DNA of 64,000 bases from positions 342,267 to 406,266 of the forward strand of contig NMRA01000331.1 of the NCBI GenBank assembly GCA_002633005.1. The letters run 5' to 3'. Below, piece after piece: positions 1 through 11,701 of this stretch (its first letter is position 1; every line of letters starts with the position of its first letter). The DNA is from Phoronis australis (Eukaryota > Animalia > Phoronida). The notes under the pieces are model-generated. The model ran no database searches. It was not told the origin of the DNA and saw nothing but the letters and a program-made list of their open reading frames with translations. The position numbers and the translations under genes were made by a program.

Positions 1-832
1 CTTTGTAGTGGTTGTTGTGGTAACTTTTGAAAGGTTATAAAGATATTCCTCTCTGAAATATAGTATGTTTGTTTGATTTGAAGACTAGAATGAAGCTAAT
101 TGCCCTGAATTGTAGCCTAATTGGTGTTACATAACACTGCTGTCACCACTTAATCATCTGCTAGGGTGCTCCTGTTTATTTTATTTGAACTGACCAGAAA
201 CAATAACAAAATGTTCAATTACTAGGAACATTCTACTCTGTGACTAGCACTGTGCACACACTCACTTGAAATTGCTGCCTTGATATTATACGGACATCAT
301 CTCTGCTGCTCTCTCACAGTTCTTGAAGTTTTTATTATGGAGGATAGTGTGGATACTGATGACACTGGTCACATTTGGATATTTAGACTTCAGTGATTAT
401 GGATATGATAGTGTGGATACTGATGGCACTGAGTGGTCAGATTTAGATACAGATTTCAGTGATCTAGTTTATGATGAGGATATGCTACACAGAAAACTTT
501 CTTGACATGTTTACTGGAAATTTAAATGGGTTATTTGTAAACAAACGTCTTTGTTTGTGGAAAACAAAAAGTAAAACTACTTGTTCAACCCTTTATCGAT
601 ATTGAACTTGGATAAATTTTATATCAACATGAAGCTCATTTACTCAAGATGTATTGCTGAAAATTTGGTAAGTATATGTTCACTAATGACTGAGTGATGA
701 GGTTTTAATTATGGGCAGTGCTTGTGACCTAGTTCTGAGTGAAATACCCTCCGACTTCAAGGGGGTAGACATTCCACAGCTCAGCCAGGCCACTAAGCAA
801 TTTATTCCATATGGTGCTCAGGGTCGAATGAG
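1..832. mobile_element. Probable right end of a TTAA-inserting (piggyBac-like) DNA transposon that truncates Gypsy copy A
   Basis: Similarity between Gypsy copies A and B stops exactly at TTAA 833-836, preceded by ...GGGTCGAATGAG (reverse complement TTAA-CTCATTCGACCC, a pyrimidine terminus). The left end is not in the window. Confidence 0.4.
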
Positions 833-836
833 TTAA

Positions 837-3270
837 TCAAGTGCAAAGAAGTATCGTTGGGTGACAAGTTTCAGTTGATGGGAGGTGGGGTGATCCAGCC
901 GTATATGAAGTGCCGTGAGTAAGCCGTCCAAGATGGGACATGGAACGATGATACGGTCTTCACGAGCGATGAGAGGCTCGTCTCGCGAGACACAAGTAAA
1001 CAATCTGATGCGATAGTGGCAACGTTGAGATAGCGTTTGACATCACGAGCGTTGGTGTCTCTCTTGGAGGGCGGCGTCACTTGGCTGAGATGAGAGTGTA
1101 CTCGCCGTAACTCGGGGGACACGGACTGAATAGATAACCAAGATGACTTTGTGGTGAATGGAAGTTTGTGTTCTCCCTGAAGGAACTCGGCAGCAGTTGC
1201 ACGGAGCACCACACAATCTGCCAGAGTGTTCTCGAAAAGGCACACTTGGCAACAAGCGTCCGTGCACTCTGGGCTGTGGCGACTCGCAAAGTCGGAGACA
1301 ATGTTAGTGGCAACAGATACGCGACACACAATAGCCTGATAGCGAGAAACGGTGGAGAGAAACATCAACACGCGAGGACTGACAGAATTTGCCCCTAAAG
1401 AGTTTCTCAAAAGCTTGTACACAAGGCTTGCTGTCAGCAAGTATGATAGCAGGTTGCGCTGACTGAATCAGATAAGGGCTAAAATGTTTCACGCAAGTAG
1501 CAATGACGAGAGCTTCAATTTCGCATGGGAGCCAAGTGACCTGATGTGATTTCAGTTTCACACTGAAGAAGCCGTAGACATGTGGCGTGTCCTCACGAGA
1601 GAGATATAGTGTACCAGCGATGCCCGGGTGTTTGGCGGAGGCATCCGTGACTATCCACAGCTGATCATCCAATCTAGGTAAAGTTTTATGCATGGACAAT
1701 GCCTTTTGGGCTGAGATGAAGGCAATATTTAACTCATCGGTCCAGGTAATGCGGTCTTTGTAATCGCATTCCGATACTGCGGAGTCCAGTGGGGCAATCA
1801 AAGAAGCACAGTAAGGCAGGACTCTCGACATAGCTTTCACGGCTCCGATGAAGGATCGCATTTGCCGAACAGTACCAGGTTTGGGACAAGACGAGAGAGC
1901 AGCTATCCGATGTGAGCTAGCTTGTAAAGAACCTATCTCTCAAATCCAGCCGAGGACTTCTGTGCATCGTGGAGCTATGATTGTCTTTGAAGAAGATAGA
2001 CGGAGAACCGCCGTGGACAATGCATATAGCACCCTTTTCCAGTTGGTAATCAAGTCAGTGATAGTCTGATCACCACAGTTTAGGTCGTCAGCAAGCTTGC
2101 TGACGGCTCCTTCTTCCAAAAGCTCTCCCAATACACGACACGTCAACTCTTCCAAAGTGGTTTCTGAACCGGGCATACCCATGGCGCAACATGCGTAAAC
2201 ATGGATACCTCGGAAAGGTGTGGATACGCCACAATATTTCATGGTCTCTCGTGACAAGGGAATTTGATAGAAGGCACTCGTAAAATCAGCCTTGATGATG
2301 AACTTCCATTGAGCAATCTTCTGAAGCACGGAATCTACGTCAGGCATGAGAGATGGTTGGCGCTTGGCGTACCGGCCGACGTCTGAAAAAGCTGTAGCTA
2401 AACGAAAACTTCCGTGGGCTTCTTGACTAGAAACAAGGGATTAAGATAATCTACTGTAATACCAACATCCTCTGGGCAGGTGAATACTCCCAGGAGCTCC
2501 AGCTCATTGAATTTTTGTTGCAATTCCAGGAGCTTGTCCTTCGAGTATTGGGGGAGGCGACCTTTCCTCTGTGGAGGTTGCGTAGGACCCATGTTGACAA
2601 CGGCCTCAAACGGGCCTGCGGCGCCAGTGTACCCGGGGTATTGCGGGTCAAATACATGAGCAAATTCGCGATGCAGGGTGTGGAACCTGTCCCGATCTGC
2701 AGCATACAGAATACTGTTGGAATCAACGGCAAAAAAGCGATTATGATCCAAGGTAGTTTTGGGGAATGAGGTACATTGGGTGGCTGTCGGGGATCCAAAT
2801 GGACCCTCCGAATGAGTGAACACGGCGTGTACCTGGCAAAACTGCTCATCGCGTCGCAAATCGTGGTTCATCGGTGTTGTTGAACAGGCGAATCTTGCCA
2901 TTAGTCAGAGCAAGAATGGCGAGTTGTGGCCATAACTGGGAAACACCCATGGAGCGGAGGCTAATGCTGTCGCAGCAAGGTTCGATTGCAAGATGTTTTT
3001 TAGGATCGGTGAAATCAAATGGGGCCTCCAGCTCAAGACAATCACTAGGCCAGATGGCTGTCGCGTAAGGTGGAGCACGTAATATGTGGGACAGTCGTGC
3101 TGTGAGTCGTGGGTATTGGTTAACGGGTTGGCCATAAGTATATGTAGATCCGTCAGCCAACGTGATAACCTTATGAGCAGGTCGTACTGAAATGTTGTTT
3201 AAGTCATCAATGGGGTTGCTACCAAGACATCTACGTCAAGAGTCTCGATAACAAGACCGTAAAAAATGAA
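837..3270 (-). mobile_element. Gypsy-like retrotransposon fragment, copy A (protease end, RT, RNase H; frameshifted)
   Basis: ORFs 2398-2901, 1940-2347 ([23 protein letters not shown]) and 1304-1861 (LWIVTDAS, WLPCEIEAL). Colinear with about 3823-6270 at roughly 85-90% identity by eye. Confidence 0.9.
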
Positions 3271-6200
3271 ACCTCATCTCTCTGGCAGACAATCCGGTGA
3301 AGCGAAGGCGGCTGTTCAATCGAGGAACAGCTACGGCCAGCTGTAAGGAACTGACATTGTCGGATCGATGCTGATAATGCAGTAACTCGTGTGACAACTC
3401 CTGTGTGGCCTTCTCTGCGACAAGATTATGGTTGGGATTCTTGATGCGTCCGATCTCAATTGAAATGCGATGATATTCTAGGAGTTTGTCCTTTTGAAGA
3501 GCCTGGAAACCTGAAGCCGGATCTGTACGGATAACTGCACGAGGGCCGTCAAACGAGCGCAGTTCGAGACACATTTGGAGAAGACCATTTCAAAGATCCT
3601 CGTGGCATTCAGTAGCAATGATACAAGCCGCTGTGTAAGAAGAGACACACTCTCGGAGTACCAAAATCAGCTGTCGCTTGCGCTTCATGACGTCAGCTGC
3701 AAACGATATCCCAACGGTCGCAGGTGTATCAGAGGTACTCTGCAGGGTCGTGGTTTTGGGGAAAGAGCGCATTGAACAATATTGATGGCACCTGCATGTG
3801 CAACGATCAATGGCAGACGCTAAATCAAGTGCAAAGAAGTATCATTGGATGACAAGTTTCAGTTGATGGGAGGTGGGGTGATCCAGTCGTAAATGAAGTG
3901 CAGTGAGTAAGCCGTCCCAAGATGGGACGTGGAACGATGATGCGTCCTTCACAAGCGACGAGAGGCTTGTCTCGCCGAGCCACAAGTAAACCATCTGTCA
4001 CGATAGTGGCAATGTTGAGATAGCGTTTGACATCTCAAGCGATGGTGTCGCTCTTGGAGGGCCGCGTCCCTTGGTTGAGATGAGAGTGTACTCGCCGTAA
4101 CTTGGGAGACTCGGACTGAAGGGATAACCAAGATGACCTCGTGGTGAACGAAAGTTTGTGTTCTCCCTAAAGGACCTCGGCAGCAGTCGCATAGAGCACC
4201 AGAAATCTTCCAGAGTGTTCACGAAAAGGCAAACTTGGCAAGAAGCGTCGGTGCACTCTGGACTATGGCGACTCGCAAAGTCGGAGACGATGTTAGTGGC
4301 ATCAGATACGTGACGAACGATAGCCTGAGAGCGAGAAACGGTGGACAGAAACGTCGACACGCAAGGACTGACTGAGAATTCGCCCCTACAGAGTTTCTTG
4401 AAAGCTTGTACACAAGGCTTGCTGTCAGTAAGTATGATAGCAGGATCCACTGACTGAATCAGATAAGGGCTAAAATGTTTCACGGAAGCAATGGTGAGGG
4501 CTTCAAAGTCGCATGGGAGACAAGTAACTTGACGTGATTTCAGTTTCGCAATGCAGAAGCCGCAGACACGTGGCGTGTCCTCACGAGAGAGATACAGTGT
4601 ACCAGCGATGCCCGGGTGTTTGGCAGAGGCATCCGTGACTATCCGCAGCTGATCGTCCGGTCTGGGTAGAGTGATAGTTTTATGCGTGGACAATGCCTCT
4701 TGGGCTGAGGTGAAGGCAACATGTAACTCATTGGTCAAGGTAATGCGGTCTTTGGAATCGCATCCCGATATAGCAGAGTCCAGTGGGGCGATGAAAGAAG
4801 CACAGTAAGGCAGGACTCTCGACATAGCTTTCACGGCTCCGATGAAGGATCTCATTTGCCGAACACTACCAGCTTTGGGACAAGACGAGAGAGCAGCTAT
4901 CCGATGTGAGCTAGCTTGTAAAGTATCCATCTCCCAAATCCAGCCGAGGACTTCTGTGCGACGTGGGGCGATGACCGTCTTTGTAGAAGATAGACGGAGA
5001 TCTGCTGTGGACAATGCATATAGCACCCTTTTCCAGTTGGTAATCAACTCAGTGATAGTCTGACCACCACAGTATAGGTCGTCAGCGAGCTTGGTGACGG
5101 CTCCTTCTTCCAAAAGCTCTTTCCCAAAACACGACAAGTTCAACTCTTCCAAAGCGGTTTGCAAACCGAGTATGCCCATGGCGCAACGTGCGTAGACACG
5201 GATACCTCGGAAAGGTGTGGATACACCACAATATTTCATGGTCTCTCATGACAAAGGAATTTGATATAATGCACTCGTAAGATCAGTCTTGATGATGAAC
5301 ATTCATTGAGCAATCTTCCAAAGCACGGAATCTACGTCAGGCATGAGAGATGGTTGGGGCTTGGCATACCGGCCGACGTCTGAAAATGCTGTAACTAAAC
5401 GAAAACCTTCGTGGGGCTTCTTGACTAGAAGCGAGAGATTAAGATATTCTACTGTAATACCAACATCCTCTGGATAGGCGAATACTCCCAGGAGCACCAG
5501 CTCGTTGAATTATTGTTGCAATTCGAGGAGCTTGTCCTTAGGAGTATTGGGGGAGGCGACCTTTCCTCTGTGGAGGTTGCATAGGACCCATGTTGACAAC
5601 GGCCTCAAACGGGCCTGCAGCGCCGTTGTACCCGGGGTATTGTGGATCAAATAGTGAGCAAATTCTCGATGCAGGGCGTGGAATCTGCCCAGATCAGCAG
5701 CATGCAGAATAATGTTGGTATCAACGGCAACAAAGCAATGATGATCCAAGGTAGTTTTGGGGGATGAGATACATTGGGTGGCTGTTGGGGATCCAGATGG
5801 AACCTCTGAAGGAATGAACACGGCATGTACCTGGCAAAACTGCTCATCTCGTCGCAAAAATCGTGGTTCATCGGTGTTGTTGAACTGGCGAATTTTGCCA
5901 TTAGTCAGAGCAAGAATGGCGGGTTGTGGCCATAGCTGGGAAGTACCCGTGGAGCGGAGGCTAATGCTGTCACAGCGAGGTTCGATTGCAAGATGTTCTT
6001 CAGGATCGGTGAAATCGGACGGGGCCTCCAACTTAAGACAATCACCAGGCCAGATGGCTGTCGTGTGAGGTGGAGCACGTAATACGTGGGACAGTCATGC
6101 TGTGGGTCGTGGGTATTAGTTTACGGGTAGGCCATAAGTGTATGTAGATCCCTCGGCCAATGTGATAACCTTACGAGCAGGTCGTACTGAAATGTCGTTG

Positions 6201-7429
6201 TAAGCCATAAATCGGGTTGCTGCGAAGACGTCTACGTCAAGAGACTCGATAACAAGATCATGAAAAATGAAGGAATGCTTGTCACGTGTGAAGACAAGTC
6301 AAGTTACCCCCACAACCTGTAGAGTAGATATACCATCGGCCTGGAAGGCGGTCTGGGAATTTTTACAAACTTTCGCGCCCAACGAACGTGCACACGATGC
6401 GCTATTAATGTTTCCTGTTGCACCACAATCAAATGTCAAACGCACTGGGGTTTCACCAAAGAATAAGTCAAGATAAGGAGACTAGATTATGTGGACGCAA
6501 AGCGCGACGGCAGAGTCAGGACAGAACTGCTTGCAAGATATTGCGTCTTGAGCTAAGTCCTCCTCGGTGGCCTCGTCAACATCGGTGGACCAGGCCTTGA
6601 GAAAGGCGCGCTTGTCGTCAGGCGGAACAGGTACCGAGACAAGAAGTAGTCTGAGGGAGTGCGGCGGGCAGTGGTGCATAAGACGCACGATGGGGTTCTA
6701 CGGCAGCGAGGGGGGGTTTGTCTTCGAACTGGTTACGCCCATAGAGCGAGTGTCCTCGATGAACCTAAGCTCATCAAGTAGTGAGTTCATAGCTTGAGAA
6801 ATTTCAGTCTTGATGGAAGCAAGGGACTTGTTGCACAACTCCGTGCCGTATCGTTGCTTAACAAGTTGGGGTAAACTTGGGTTCACCATCTGTAACCTTA
6901 AGAACACAATAGTATTTTCGAAGGAGGGAGTCATGTCTTCGTCGACATCGATAGCTTCGCCATGATGCGTTATGCCACACCCAACGGTGAGTAAGTTATC
7001 CTCAAAAAAAGCAGTGAGGCGCTGGAATAGGTCTTCAGGACGTTCATTTGGATCGAATGATATGAGTCCCAGGTCTAAGAAATGTTCTCCTGTGGAAGAG
7101 AATCTGAAATGTTGGCGGATTTTCTGCCAAATGTCCTGGACAGAGGTGGATGACTTCACGTTAGAATTATGGGATACGACGGGACAAAAATTAGCGATTT
7201 TTCACAGCATGAGTTCAAAATGAGCCAGTTTCATGTGAGCAGAACGCCGCTGTGCTTCAAGGGTGTCGTCGGGGTCCTCGGTCAGACCACGCAGTGGAAC
7301 AGCAGCAGTTTTTTTTGTCAACTAACGCCGTCGACAAGAAATGGCGCAAAGTGAGAGTCTAATGAAAGGAGGTATAATAAATTCTGCCTCCAGCTATCAA
7401 ATGAAGTAATAGTCTCATTTTTAGTGAGC
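3271..7429 (-). mobile_element. Gypsy-like retrotransposon, copy B (gag, protease, RT, RNase H, integrase; degenerate, no LTRs visible)
   Basis: gag about 7429-6698; RT/RH 3998-5239 (KLADDLYCGG, IVTDAS, NIVSDFASR); integrase 3236-3772 (ISFAADV, IRTDPASGF, VAEKATQEL). The order RT-RH-INT is the Gypsy order. Confidence 0.92.
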
Positions 7430-7586
7430 ATAAACTCCATCACATGTATCCAAAAAGACAGAAATCTTAATGGGACACAGGTCAAAGCTTCAAGAAGTAC
7501 GACAGTCACACCAAACTCAGGACAGATGTACCTGCATAAAATAAACACACATTTGCAAGACCAGCAACAGACCATTCTGCCCCTAC

Positions 7587-7757
7587 CTGTGTATACAAAG
7601 AAGCCCCTGAAGGTGACTGTACTGGTACCAATGCCACCACTACGGGTGAGCACAATCACTTCGCCTTTGCCCTTCCCTGCCCCGGTGCGAGCTACGATCT
7701 TGCTGGAACTCTTCCACTCGGCAGACAGATAGCAGTCTACATTACAGATGACCAGGG
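7587..7757 (-). CDS. EXOC2: Exocyst complex component 2 (Sec5), second coding exon, IPT/TIG domain
   Basis: AG acceptor (7758-7759) and GTAGG donor (7585-7586); 171 bp, phase 1-1. Encodes (A)[56 protein letters not shown], matching the Sec5 N-terminus (AEW.S.SKIV.R...G.IIV.T.SGG.GTSTV.F). Confidence 0.9.
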
Positions 7758-8061
7758 CTGATATGGGAAAAGACACAGAACAGAAACGCAGTAGCATTTG
7801 CAATTAAGTTCAAATTCACAAAATAACTGCGTCAAACAAAGGAGAAAATGTCACTGCCGTGATTTGCAATGTCATTTATTACAATCAGCAAACAATCAGA
7901 CTAAGAATGATATTGTAGCACATCTCAAACAAGTTCAACTGTGAAAAATTTAAAACGTAAAGAGATCACACTCATTACCCACCGAACTCTACCTTAATCC
8001 ACTTGACTAATTTCTCTGTCACAACACATTGATAGACTCAAACACCAACTATCTCACTTAC

Positions 8062-8194
8062 CCACAAGGTCATTGGCTGATTCACCAAGATTCTCGCCTC
8101 TGATAGTCACTTTCGTACCAGGAGGGCCCTCTTTTGGTGAAATCCCAGTCACAAGAGGTGGTGGTCCTTTGTATTTCTTCTGCTGTTGCTGCAT
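8062..8194 (-). CDS. EXOC2: Exocyst complex component 2 (Sec5), first coding exon
   Basis: ATG at 8194; [44 protein letters not shown] is the Sec5 N-terminal signature. GTAAGT donor at 8060-8061, phase 1, joins in frame to 7757. An acceptor AG at 8216-8217 implies an upstream non-coding exon. Confidence 0.92.
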
Positions 8195-9395
8195 TCTTCA
8201 GTCTTTGTTAAGTATCTGAATGTATGACAACAATTGGTCGAACCTTAAAACCACTTGCCCGGGCTTCAAAACCAGTCACCTGGACTGCAAAACGAGAAGG
8301 CCTCACCACAAAAACTAATTGGCTCCACCCAAAAATCGATGGCTAGTGCCACAACCAGATGGCTGGAGATCAAACATAAAGGCCAGACTTCGTCAAAGAC
8401 TCGCTTTGAATGTCTCAAGGGATACAAGTGTCATCTAGTCTTTATTTTTCGTAGCTAACCCATTTTAGGTCTGGCCAACAATTTTCTTGAGTGCGATCAT
8501 CTGGTTCTGAGGTACTGGCCAAGCCGTTATGAGGTCCGACCACTAAGTTAAGACCCTGGTCCTGGATTCAAATCTAGGTCGGGGGCAGAAATCTTTTCAG
8601 ACTTACATTCATTAGGTCACGTGTCGTGACCAAAAAGATGGCGTGCTGATGGGACAAAACGACCGACCATAGCGTTTTGCAGTCCAGCTAACTGGTTTTG
8701 AAATCCGACCAACTGTTGATTACCCCCTTTGATTATTATGCTCAACATACTATTGTAAAGGTGGCTGCTGCCTGGGTACTACCATGTTGTATTAGCGCGC
8801 TTTAGTTGACAACAGTACAAGAAGAGGATTTCGGGGGCTCAGGGGTTACCACCCACTCCTCCTTTGCTGCGGACAAAAATAATCAATAAATATCACAGAA
8901 ATAAATTTTGATATTTGATATGTTGCGGAGCGTGCATATGTTTAAGACTGGAGATATCACAAAACAAAAAAGTGTTGGGCACCCTCGTGACATCCTAAAT
9001 CCACCACTGGCTAGAGCATTGTAACAGCAGCTTGTGGTTGCCTTCTGTGTTGTAAAAGAGGCCTGTGCCTAGCCTCTATGTCCATAGGCATTTTCTTTGC
9101 TCTTCTAAGAATCAGAACTTCAAGCTTTAAAGGCAAAGGCAACCTTTTTCCATGTCATTTTGAGCTAAAATAAGGTTGGTTGATTATGCTAGACATATTT
9201 TCCACTTAATTACACCTTTTCGTAATTTTATTAATTACTCGTCTGCTACTCCAGAAGTGACGTTTTAGGAGGCAAGCATTTCGCGCCAATTTCTTTTCAA
9301 AAAGTTTGACTGTGAGAGCTGCCGAGTCAGTCATTGTTCTACCTCGGTTGTGTTAAGTTTTGTCGTCGTTTGCTTTCATTTACTAGTCAGTTAAC

Positions 9396-9809
9396 ATGCC
9401 ACACTGTTGCTGCGTACCAGGATGTACTAATTATCGGTTCACGTGCGCTTTGGGAGTACCTTTGCATCGCTTTCCAACGGATGACACACTTAGTCGTACT
9501 TGGCTCGTTAGTGTGAAGAACGCAGCGTTACCCGTCCACGCAACGTACCAAGCAGTGGAGAATTACCGTGTGTGTGGCAAGCACTTTCTGCCGTCCGATT
9601 ATGAAAGGGATTTGTACGCTGAACTGATGAAGGTCCCTGCGAAACAACGTCTGAAAAAGGATGCCATTCCGTCTGTGTTGATTCCGGCAGTGCCAGTGGA
9701 GGCACTTCATCTACTGTCACCCGTGCCTCCGAACGTACCCCAGAGCGTGCAATTCCTGGAACCAGTAGTGATTCGCCCTGTGCTGTTTTCTCCAGCCCAG
9801 AGCCTCTAA
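9396..9809 (+). CDS. THAP domain, N-terminal part of the Kolobok transposase (truncated)
   Basis: C-x-VPGC-x-N...LHRFP...W...RVCGKHF...LKKDAIPS is the C2CH THAP signature. A downstream remnant at 9827-10100 (LELFRRCPVCG...WECVTGHSGKWDS) resembles the Kolobok transposase zinc region. Confidence 0.8.
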   Translation: MPHCCCVPGCTNYRFTCALGVPLHRFPTDDTLSRTWLVSVKNAALPVHATYQAVENYRVCGKHFLPSDYERDLYAELMKVPAKQRLKKDAIPSVLIPAVPVEALHLLSPVPPNVPQSVQFLEPVVIRPVLFSPAQSL

Positions 9810-10017
9810 GCAGCCCTGCAGCGATATTGAGTAGTGGGAGTGATCACAGGCTCAGTTCGACACCCAGTGAAGTGGACAGTTCGTCGTCCAGTGAACAGAT
9901 CGGTGAGACAAACTTTGATAAGTTTATTGTGGACTTGTCTAAAGTGTTGGAGCTATTTAGAAGGTGCCCGGTGTGTGGCGAAGGAGTCACACGACACGGT
10001 GTAAGCAGTTTGGGTGC

Positions 10018-10413
10018 TCAGGTCACCATCCAGTGGGAGTGTGTCACGGGACACTCTGGCAAGTGGGACAGTTGTTCCTCTGTCCGTGGTATGCCGGAGG
10101 TCCACTTAACCATGTCCAGTAGTGGCTTGGCCTCGTCAAACTCTGAACAGCAGAAGCATTCTATTGAGGTAGGCATAACAACGCACACAGTGCATTTGCA
10201 CCAAGATGTGTCACCACGTCTATCCTCAGTAGCCGCCTCGTTTCTCTCAGCAGTTGCCTGTGCCTGTGCGTACTCTGCCTCGTTATACTCGGGCTCAAAC
10301 ATGTACCCACCCACTGAATGTCCGTGAAAAAATTCCTCGTCACCACTGCTGTGAACAAGGTCTTCGTCACTCACACTACTGTCACTGTGATACGGGTCAC
10401 TGACTCCAGCCAT
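10018..10413 (-). CDS. KolX-like protein N-terminus (P2X7 cytoplasmic ballast/nanor-like Cys-rich motif), truncated
   Basis: ATG at 10413; GYMFEPEY...WCKCTVCVVMPTSIECFCCSE matches the YxFEP + WCxCxxCxxMxTxxExxCCxE motif. Homology is lost at about 10105, where the frame runs into antisense transposase sequence. Confidence 0.75.
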   Translation of the reverse strand: MAGVSDPYHSDSSVSDEDLVHSSGDEEFFHGHSVGGYMFEPEYNEAEYAQAQATAERNEAATEDRRGDTSWCKCTVCVVMPTSIECFCCSEFDEAKPLLDMVKWTSGIPRTEEQLSHLPECPVTHSHWMVT

Positions 10414-11701
10414 TTTCAGCTTACAACACATTAAACAATCCCTAAATCCAACATAGTTGAGTTCTCTACTAACCTATCTTGCCGCAGAATACTCGCCGAT
10501 GGAAAGTGGTGGCGACAATTGTTGAAAAACAGCACAAAACAAAAGTGGAATAGAACAGATTTGCACGGTAAAGTCAACGCAAAACCAAGTGGCGCGAAAT
10601 GCTTGCCTCCTAAAACGTCACTTCCGGAGTAGCGGAGGAGTAATAAATAAAATTATGAAAAGCTGTAATTAAGTGGATAATATGTCTAGGATAACCAACC
10701 AACCTTATTTTAGCTCAAAATGACATGGAAAAAGGTTGCCTTCGCCTTTAAGGTAACTGGAAATGTTGCATTACCTTTAACTCCAGATATGCAGGTACCT
10801 GTGTGATTGATGTTCTATTCCCAGATGGGATTGATTTGACTCAGTGTACAGAGTTTGTCCTTTTTGGAAGGGGAAAGCATTGTAAATGAGGAGTTGTGAT
10901 TGGCTGCTGAGCTCAATGGGGTACTCATTGCTCTTGTACAATAGATCAATTCATATGACTGAACGTATACAGGTACATGCAGCAGTGTACAGAAGTGGAT
11001 CGTAGATGCACATTGATACAGTACTTCACCTCTTTCTTAAGCAAAAACCTCACAATGACTACTAATTGGTACTCTGGTTTAGTGTGTCCATGTGTTTACT
11101 GGGCACTCTTCTCACACAACTTAACGATAAAGAGGACAAACTTTACCAACAGAGTATATAAAACACTTTGAAATCCCTATACCTATGTTCGGTCAGTTCT
11201 TTCAACCCAGAAATCACTTCTCAACTGGCTAATGAATAAATTGAGAGCAATTCCAGATTGGTAAGTGGTCTAAATCAAAACTTCGCTTCTTGGATGGAAC
11301 TTGGGTTTTAAGTGAGTTCAATTGAAAGTATTTGAAACTTGATAAGAGCAACGGGGAGCGTTGAAATGCAGACACGAATGCACCGCAAATGGTATGATTC
11401 TAGGGGTGTATATTTCTATCATAAAAGTGGCCATTAGATGGTGCAAAATATGTTGAATCCTCCTTAAAACGAGACATGTCATTGCTTCTTTAATAAAAAG
11501 CTATTTACCAAATTTCAAAAAATCCATCAAGGAACTTCAGCAAAACAGAGAAAACAGGAAAAATGACATTGCCACTAGGAGGCATAGCATAAGGTCGGAT
11601 CCATCTAAGTAGTTGTCCTCAACGTCTTTTGTCAACTTCATATAAATACATTTGCTAAATTTCATAAAGATCCAGCAGTGGGTTTAGGAAATACAGCTAT
11701 A

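Larger units (their letters stand above)
9131..10747 (+). mobile_element. Non-autonomous Kolobok DNA transposon, copy 1
   Basis: TTAA TSD (9127-9130 and 10748-10751), AGG...CCT termini, TIRs of about 158 bp (9131-9288 and about 10590-10747). Convergent THAP and KolX-like ORFs; no DDE core. Confidence 0.88.

Noticed and set aside
7430-7533. Possible next EXOC2 exon after the ATGCAG acceptor at about 7533
   Set aside because: The intron would be only about 53 bp, the frame stops within a few codons, and there is no Sec5 similarity.
8560-8640. tRNA or tRNA-derived SINE (B-box-like GATTCAAATC)
   Set aside because: No A box or cloverleaf can be supported.
9827-10327. 166-aa plus-strand ORF as an independent gene
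   Set aside because: It is a chimera of transposase remnant and antisense KolX across the deletion junction, and it is broken in copy 2.
10977-11171. LIQYFTSF motif resembling a PCI-domain protein
   Set aside because: The match is too short and has no supporting flanking similarity or exon structure.
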